The notes beneath the pieces were generated by a model. That model saw only the letters and a program-made list of their open reading frames with translations, had not been told where the DNA came from and made no database searches. From Candidatus Altimarinota bacterium (lineage in GTDB: Bacteria; Patescibacteriota; Gracilibacteria; JBDHUY01): 64,000 bases of DNA. A program made the translations under genes and the position numbers. This document shows positions 58,318-64,000 of the stretch, in pieces; within the stretch, counting starts at the first letter, position 1, and the number at the start of each line of letters is the position of its first letter. The stretch spans positions 32,001-96,000 of the forward strand of contig JBDHUY010000001.1 of NCBI GenBank assembly GCA_039809385.1, given 5' to 3'.

Positions 58318-59424
58318 TCAAAGGACACATTCTTTCAGCGACTTCGGCGTCTTGCACAGAGATATCGCGCCCTTATCCGTAACAAGACACGTATCTTCGA
58401 TCCGAAATCCGATTTTTCCCGGATAGTAGATGCCCGGTTCTACCGTAACGATCATATTGGGTTGCCAAATATCCCGATTTTTTGTTGAAAGAAACGGCAG
58501 CTCGTGAACATCCAGACCGACGCCATGCCCCAAGGAATGCATCAGATTTTTCAAAGGAAACCGCGTCGCGTACAATGCCTCGAATTCGCGCATCGTCTCG
58601 TCAATGCTCCTCCCTGGCTGAATCATTTTTATTGTTCTCCGTTGAATGTGCAATAATTGCTCATACATGATCTGCCACTCGGGACGAGGTTTACCGAAAA
58701 ATAGAACTCGGGTCATATCGCTCTGATATCCGTCATACTCCACCCCGATATCAAACAGGATCACATCACCTGTTTGCAACTTCCGCGATCCGGTCAGCAT
58801 ATAGTGAGGATAGGAAGCTCCGTCGTTCAGGGCGATAATGGGATCGAACGAAAGTTTTAAAACACCTTTGCGCGCGGCTAGGGTGCGAAACAAACGCTGC
58901 AGATCAAGCTCGGTCATACCCCCAGTTATTTCTTCCTTCATCTGCTCGAATATCCGGTCAGTTAGCGCACAGGCTTTTTTTATTTTTACGATTTCGTCAC
59001 GCGACTTGATCAGACGACTTTGTTCGGCAAAACCCGCCAGGGGTACAAATTCTCTTTTTTGACTTCCTTTGAGCGTTGAAAGATTCTTTTTAAGAACCGT
59101 CAGAACAGGATTGTCGATATGCGCCGCTTCGAAGCCAATACGACTTGCTTTCTGCTGGTCGAGCATTGTAGAAATTTCCGCAAAACCGGGACCGAACGGT
59201 CGGACCAGAAGATTCCGCATGCGTTTCTTAGCTAGTTCGATATAACGCCCGTCCAGAAACAGACAGGTAGCTTTGGGCGTGATCAAAAAAATGCCTTCGG
59301 ACGAATCAAATCCGGTCAGATAAAAACGGTTCTTCTGAGCGCGGATCAGCACCGCATCGAGTTTTTTTTCACGCAGCATTTTGCGCAAAAAAGCCAATTT
59401 AGTGCTTATATCAGCTATTTTCAT
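58318..59424 (-). CDS. Xaa-Pro aminopeptidase (M24)
   Basis: YLTGF, R.IKS..EI, SF.PI, DIGV.Y.GY.SDMTR, HSLGHGVGLDVHELP, TVEPGIY, RIED. Confidence 0.95.
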   Translation of the reverse strand: MKIADISTKLAFLRKMLREKKLDAVLIRAQKNRFYLTGFDSSEGIFLITPKATCLFLDGRYIELAKKRMRNLLVRPFGPGFAEISTMLDQQKASRIGFEAAHIDNPVLTVLKKNLSTLKGSQKREFVPLAGFAEQSRLIKSRDEIVKIKKACALTDRIFEQMKEEITGGMTELDLQRLFRTLAARKGVLKLSFDPIIALNDGASYPHYMLTGSRKLQTGDVILFDIGVEYDGYQSDMTRVLFFGKPRPEWQIMYEQLLHIQRRTIKMIQPGRSIDETMREFEALYATRFPLKNLMHSLGHGVGLDVHELPFLSTKNRDIWQPNMIVTVEPGIYYPGKIGFRIEDTCLVTDKGAISLCKTPKSLKECVL

Positions 59425-59685
59425 ACTAAGAATAAGTAAGGGGAATGAAAAATGGAAGGAATCTAAATCGGTTTGTATCCTCACGCCGTATAGAACTAAC
59501 GGTATAATGAAACGCAAAAAGATTATCCTTCCTTCTTATATTGTTTTTGATTTTTGTCCTTCACCCTCCGATTGCATTCATGCTTCGTCATTGGTACTTC
59601 GCACCTCCTCGTCCGTGTCTTCGAGGCTCACACCCCGTCTCGCTCTGCAATCCACCCCTCTCAAGAGGGGATTTACCTAGATTCT

Positions 59686-60126
<441 letters not shown>

Positions 60127-60314
60127 AGAAAGAAATAGCAAATATCACATGGTTCTCTTTGTAGTGAAATTTGGTTATAAAACGTATGTACGAGACTCTT
60201 CCTCTTCGCTATCGCTCAGAGTCAGAGTGACCGCAGAAGGACAACCAATTTCCATAAATTTCTAAGAATTTCCCTATCTCCCTGATTGCTGGCCACTGTT
60301 CGCTGACCGCCAAC

Positions 60315-60340
60315 AGGCAGACACGTAGGTCTGCCTCTAC
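60315..60340. repeat. GTAG-type REP overlapping a stop codon
   Basis: AGGCAGAC-ACGTAG-GTCTGCCTCTAC, same family as the REPs at 15917 and 16032. Confidence 0.8.
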
Positions 60341-62097
60341 GAGCGACTTCCCTCTTCCTCCACCGCGCTCTGCTGACGCCATAAGGCGTAATAGAGACCG
60401 CGTTGCTCCAGAAGCGCGTCATGGTTGCCCTGTTCGATAAGTTTGCCTTTTTCCAGCACAAAAATCTTCTGGGCATGAACCACGGTTGACAAACGGTGTG
60501 CTACCATAACAGTCATGAGCTGGGGGTGCATTTTATTGATTTCCCGGATAGTTTGAGTGATATCCCTTTCCGTCAGAGAATCCAGACTGCTGGTCGCTTC
60601 GTCGAAGATGATCAGCTCGGGCTGGCGTAGCAAAGCGCGGGCAATCGCCAGACGCTGGCGTTCACCGCCAGATATTTTGATCCCGCCTTCTCCGATCTTC
60701 GTATCCAATCCTTTCCCACCACGTTCGATGATCGGCAAAGCGGAAGCGGCTTTCAGCACTTTCAAACAATCTTCGTCACTCGCATCGGGTCGTACGAAAA
60801 GCAGGTTTTCGCGGATGGTCCCGGCAAACAACTGAGTCTCTTGCGAGACAAACCCTATTTTTTTGCGAAAATCGGCATAATCGATTTCAAGACTGTCGAT
60901 ATCATTTACGGCCAATTTCCCGGCCGTAGGCTGATACAAACCGACCAGCAATTTGACCAGCGTGGTTTTTCCGCTTCCGCTGGGTCCGACAAAGGCAACG
61001 GTTTCGCCTCCTTTAATTGCCAGAGTAATTCCCGAAACCGCCGGACGTTCGATTCCCTCGTAAGAGAAGTCTACATTTTGAAACGTAATCTCGGAAAGAG
61101 TCTCGATTTTTTTGGCATTCACGGGCAGCTTCTCTGGTTCAATGGAGAGAATCTTGTCTAACTGTTCGAGACTGGCGCGGGTTTCCTGATACTGATTGGC
61201 AATATTTCCAAATTCGGATAGCGGAGTAAAAATAAAGAAGGAATACACATAGAGACTGAAAAATTCTCCAAATGTAATAGATCCCTGAAAAATCAGCCAG
61301 AGCATCAATAAGAGTAACAGTGACCGCATCGCGTTGATCGTGGTACCCTGGATAAAACTCAAAATCCGGATCATGCGCAGTTTTTTCAGCTCCAGAGACA
61401 GAATTTTTTCATTCACGTCGTTCAGATGGTTGATCTCTTGTTTTTCGAGTCCCAGACTTTTTACCAGTTCAACGTTACGCAAGGTTTCGGTAGTCGATCC
61501 GGCCAATTCGGCCGTCTGTACCACGATCGTGCGCTGGGCCGCTTTAATCCGGCGACTGATCATAAAGGTACTGACACCCAGAATCGGAATGATCAGAGTA
61601 TAGACCAGGCCCACAATCCAGTTCACCAGAAATGCATAAACGAGCACAAACAGTATTCCAACCAGTGACAGAAAGATGCTGTTGACGAAGTTGGAGATCA
61701 GCATCTGCGAATCGTTGCGGGCTTTCTGCAGTTTTTGCAAAAGTTCTCCGGAACGCTGGTCTTCGAACACGCTATAGGAAAGAGAGAAGGCGTGTTTGAT
61801 ACTGTCCTGATAGAGCTGGGCGCCGACCCGCTGGCTCATACTATTGACGAAATAGTCTTGAAAATTCTTGGCGACGCGAGAGACGAAGGCTACGCCCACC
61901 GAAGCCAGGAGCAACAGCAAAATGCCGGTCAGGTACTCCTGCTGGGTCAGCTGGTCGAACCGGCTGGCATAATTGTCGACGATGATCCGGAAGATCTGCG
62001 GATCGAGCAAGGAAAAGACCTGATTGATCGCAGCCAAAATCAATGCCCCGACGAGCATCCCTCTGTGTCGTTTGATGTAGCCCAGTAACAATTGCAT
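60337..62097 (-). CDS. ABC exporter, fused permease/ATPase
   Basis: TM domain, GPSGSGKTT, ISGGERQRLAIARA, IIFDEATSSLD, VAHRLST. Confidence 0.95.
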   Translation of the reverse strand: MQLLLGYIKRHRGMLVGALILAAINQVFSLLDPQIFRIIVDNYASRFDQLTQQEYLTGILLLLLASVGVAFVSRVAKNFQDYFVNSMSQRVGAQLYQDSIKHAFSLSYSVFEDQRSGELLQKLQKARNDSQMLISNFVNSIFLSLVGILFVLVYAFLVNWIVGLVYTLIIPILGVSTFMISRRIKAAQRTIVVQTAELAGSTTETLRNVELVKSLGLEKQEINHLNDVNEKILSLELKKLRMIRILSFIQGTTINAMRSLLLLLMLWLIFQGSITFGEFFSLYVYSFFIFTPLSEFGNIANQYQETRASLEQLDKILSIEPEKLPVNAKKIETLSEITFQNVDFSYEGIERPAVSGITLAIKGGETVAFVGPSGSGKTTLVKLLVGLYQPTAGKLAVNDIDSLEIDYADFRKKIGFVSQETQLFAGTIRENLLFVRPDASDEDCLKVLKAASALPIIERGGKGLDTKIGEGGIKISGGERQRLAIARALLRQPELIIFDEATSSLDSLTERDITQTIREINKMHPQLMTVMVAHRLSTVVHAQKIFVLEKGKLIEQGNHDALLEQRGLYYALWRQQSAVEEEGSRS

Positions 62098-62241
62098 AGG
62101 ATAAATGTAAAAAGAAAAATAAGAGCAACGCACACGATTATACTCGATCCAAAGGGGGGCGACAATGCCGAACTTTTTTCGGCTTGATTTCACCAAAATT
62201 CAGTATACAATACGTGCCTGTTGTTTTTATGCATTCTCCTT

Positions 62242-63228
62242 ATGTCTCCAGAAGATAGTATCAAAATGGACAAAACGGATTCGAGGTTAAATAAAGAACA
62301 GCTCACAGAAAATCCAGAACAAATCGCTGCTATAGAAAGATTGACACAATATTTACAAACACAGTTTTTTATAACGGTTGATCTGGCAGAAGTTGACCCG
62401 GAAGATCTCAATTTGGAGAGAAATAACCTGCCGGATCGGGTCCGGGATATGATGCATATCATTAGTTTTAACCGTACAGAAATTATAGATTGGGTGACAA
62501 CCGGTCATAATTTTGAAAGCGCCAAGATAAGGGAAGAGAGAGAGAATCCCGATTCGTTGGATAAAACCGCAGCGATAAGGAACCTTTTATCGAAGGAAGA
62601 TAAGCTGTTGCTACTAAGGGTGCTACAAGATTGCATCAAAGCTACCGAAACGCTATGGGGACATCTTAAACATGTCTACGAGAATACGCTTGATCCTGAC
62701 GATGAAGCGGAAGGAGAAGTACACAATCCGTCGACGATGAGGTGGCATCGCGTATGGCAGGAAATTGTCCTTAGAGGGTCGCACTGCGCACAGCTCAGTA
62801 AAGATCTTGCTGCAGCTTTCGAATCCAAGAAAGACCTGCTAGAATCTCCGGAAGAGTCCAAAGAATTCCTCATCAATTATTCGCGTAAATACACCAAGAA
62901 TCGGGAGCTGAAAGATCCTCGCTTTCTGGGAGGCATGTTTCTGTATTTATATGGGACCGAAGAGTTCTACGAGATGTTGAAAAACTCCAAGGTATCTACC
63001 GAAGAAGCGGTAAAATTCTTCCGTTCTTTCCTGAGCGCCGCCTTGTACGAAGGAAGCACGTTGGTAAGTATCCATGTCCGCGAAACGAACAAAGAGATCA
63101 ATTTCGATCCTCTGAAAGACCGGCTCTATAAAATCGACCATCTGCATGAAGCACTCTACACGCTGAGCTTCACACTCATGAAATTCATCGCCATTATCGA
63201 GCTGATCAAAGACGAGAATAAGGATTAA
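62242..63228 (+). CDS. Hypothetical protein
   Basis: 328-aa acidic helical ORF; no family recognised. Confidence 0.7.
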   Translation: MSPEDSIKMDKTDSRLNKEQLTENPEQIAAIERLTQYLQTQFFITVDLAEVDPEDLNLERNNLPDRVRDMMHIISFNRTEIIDWVTTGHNFESAKIREERENPDSLDKTAAIRNLLSKEDKLLLLRVLQDCIKATETLWGHLKHVYENTLDPDDEAEGEVHNPSTMRWHRVWQEIVLRGSHCAQLSKDLAAAFESKKDLLESPEESKEFLINYSRKYTKNRELKDPRFLGGMFLYLYGTEEFYEMLKNSKVSTEEAVKFFRSFLSAALYEGSTLVSIHVRETNKEINFDPLKDRLYKIDHLHEALYTLSFTLMKFIAIIELIKDENKD

Positions 63229-63252
63229 TTTTAGACAAAAATCTATACAAAA

Positions 63253-63284
63253 ACAGGAGTAAGTTAGCAAAAACTTATTCCTGT
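63253..63284. terminator. Hairpin between convergent genes
   Basis: ACAGGAGTAAGTT-AGCAAA-AACTTATTCCTGT. Confidence 0.6.
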
Positions 63285-63311
63285 ATTATCGTAATTGGTA
63301 GTTACGAAAGA

Positions 63312-63542
63312 CTAGGCAGCTAGCTTATCTTGTCTATGCTCCCCTGTATTGTTAAGGGGGAATTTATATTTAGCCTGCATAGCATGTAGTGTAGCAGATA
63401 CAGCCTCTTCTCCGACAACACCTTTATCTGTTTCCATTCCAGGCTTCTGGATGTCGGTTTTGCCGCTATTTTGAAATATTTCCTGTTCTGGTATGCCTTC
63501 AAAAGGTCCCTGTCCTTCTTCCAAGTCGAGAAATGTTGCCAT
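63312..63542 (-). CDS. Small hypothetical protein
   Basis: 76-aa ORF with ATG start. Confidence 0.45.
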   Translation of the reverse strand: MATFLDLEEGQGPFEGIPEQEIFQNSGKTDIQKPGMETDKGVVGEEAVSATLHAMQAKYKFPLNNTGEHRQDKLAA

Positions 63543-63781
63543 AGTTTTATAGATAGATAGTGAATAAGTTCAATTTCATTTTAGCCCCAACGAGGCAATT
63601 GTCAATTTATCTTCATTTACAAGAAAAAAGACATTTCATCCACAAATCATCATTCCCGTCCGTACCGGCACGGGCGGACATAATCCGTCATTCATAAATT
63701 CATGCATTCCCGATTGTTTCTCGCAACAAAGCATGCTATGATCCGACACGATATTTTATTTCACCCTCTCCCCGCATCCCC

Positions 63782-64000
63782 ATGCATTTTCTCAAACGCG
63801 TCGTCTGTTTGTCCCTGCTCTTGACGATGGGAAATTCCCTTCTCGCCCCTGCTGCTCTGGCATTTACCCCTTCCCAGCAGCTGATCGGCAGTATCGTGAA
63901 GATCTACGGACAAGTATACGACCCCGAAACCGACACATACGAAGATACGGTTTTTGGCTCGGGTTTTTTCGTCGAAAACACCAACGACCGGATCGTGACC
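63782..64000 (+). CDS. Secreted trypsin-like (S1) serine protease, 5' part
   Basis: Signal peptide, then SIVKI ... FGSGFFV ... IVT. Runs off the window edge. Confidence 0.7.
   Translation, partial: MHFLKRVVCLSLLLTMGNSLLAPAALAFTPSQQLIGSIVKIYGQVYDPETDTYEDTVFGSGFFVENTNDRIVT

Overview
The window is bacterial chromosome in genetic code 11 (TGA is used as a stop). The gene set looks like Patescibacteria/CPR, probably the Peregrinibacteria/Abawacabacteria side, inferred from a TrmB-HTH plus Cys-rich repeat protein pair, a GHMP-like/wHTH protein, scattered orphan ORFs and start sites with no Shine-Dalgarno. Housekeeping genes are lysS, murA, dnaB, dusB, a pseudouridine synthase, LCP, comEC, aspS, recJ, pheS, gatB, a Ddl-like ATP-grasp enzyme and tRNA-Ser(TGA). 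They are interspersed with three type II toxin-antitoxin modules and many REP-like, heptamer and MITE repeats, some inserted in frame into genes. Two things stand out. (1) At 11.6-15.8 kb there is a complete Trp-control architecture: TrpR box, trpR, an unannotated Trp-Trp leader peptide and 1:2/2:3/3:4 attenuator hairpins. It drives an AT-rich operon with no trp biosynthesis gene: a Trp-free protein with class-Ic aaRS/CDPS-like motif order, an amino-acid racemase, and a frameshifted GHMP-like/wHTH protein. (2) At 0-5.7 kb, below tRNA-Ser, a co-oriented array of detox and resistance genes is punctuated by three ~97-bp REPIN-like elements, each sitting just after a stop codon and abutting a 5'-truncated gene. 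All family calls come from motif recognition by eye; no searches were run.
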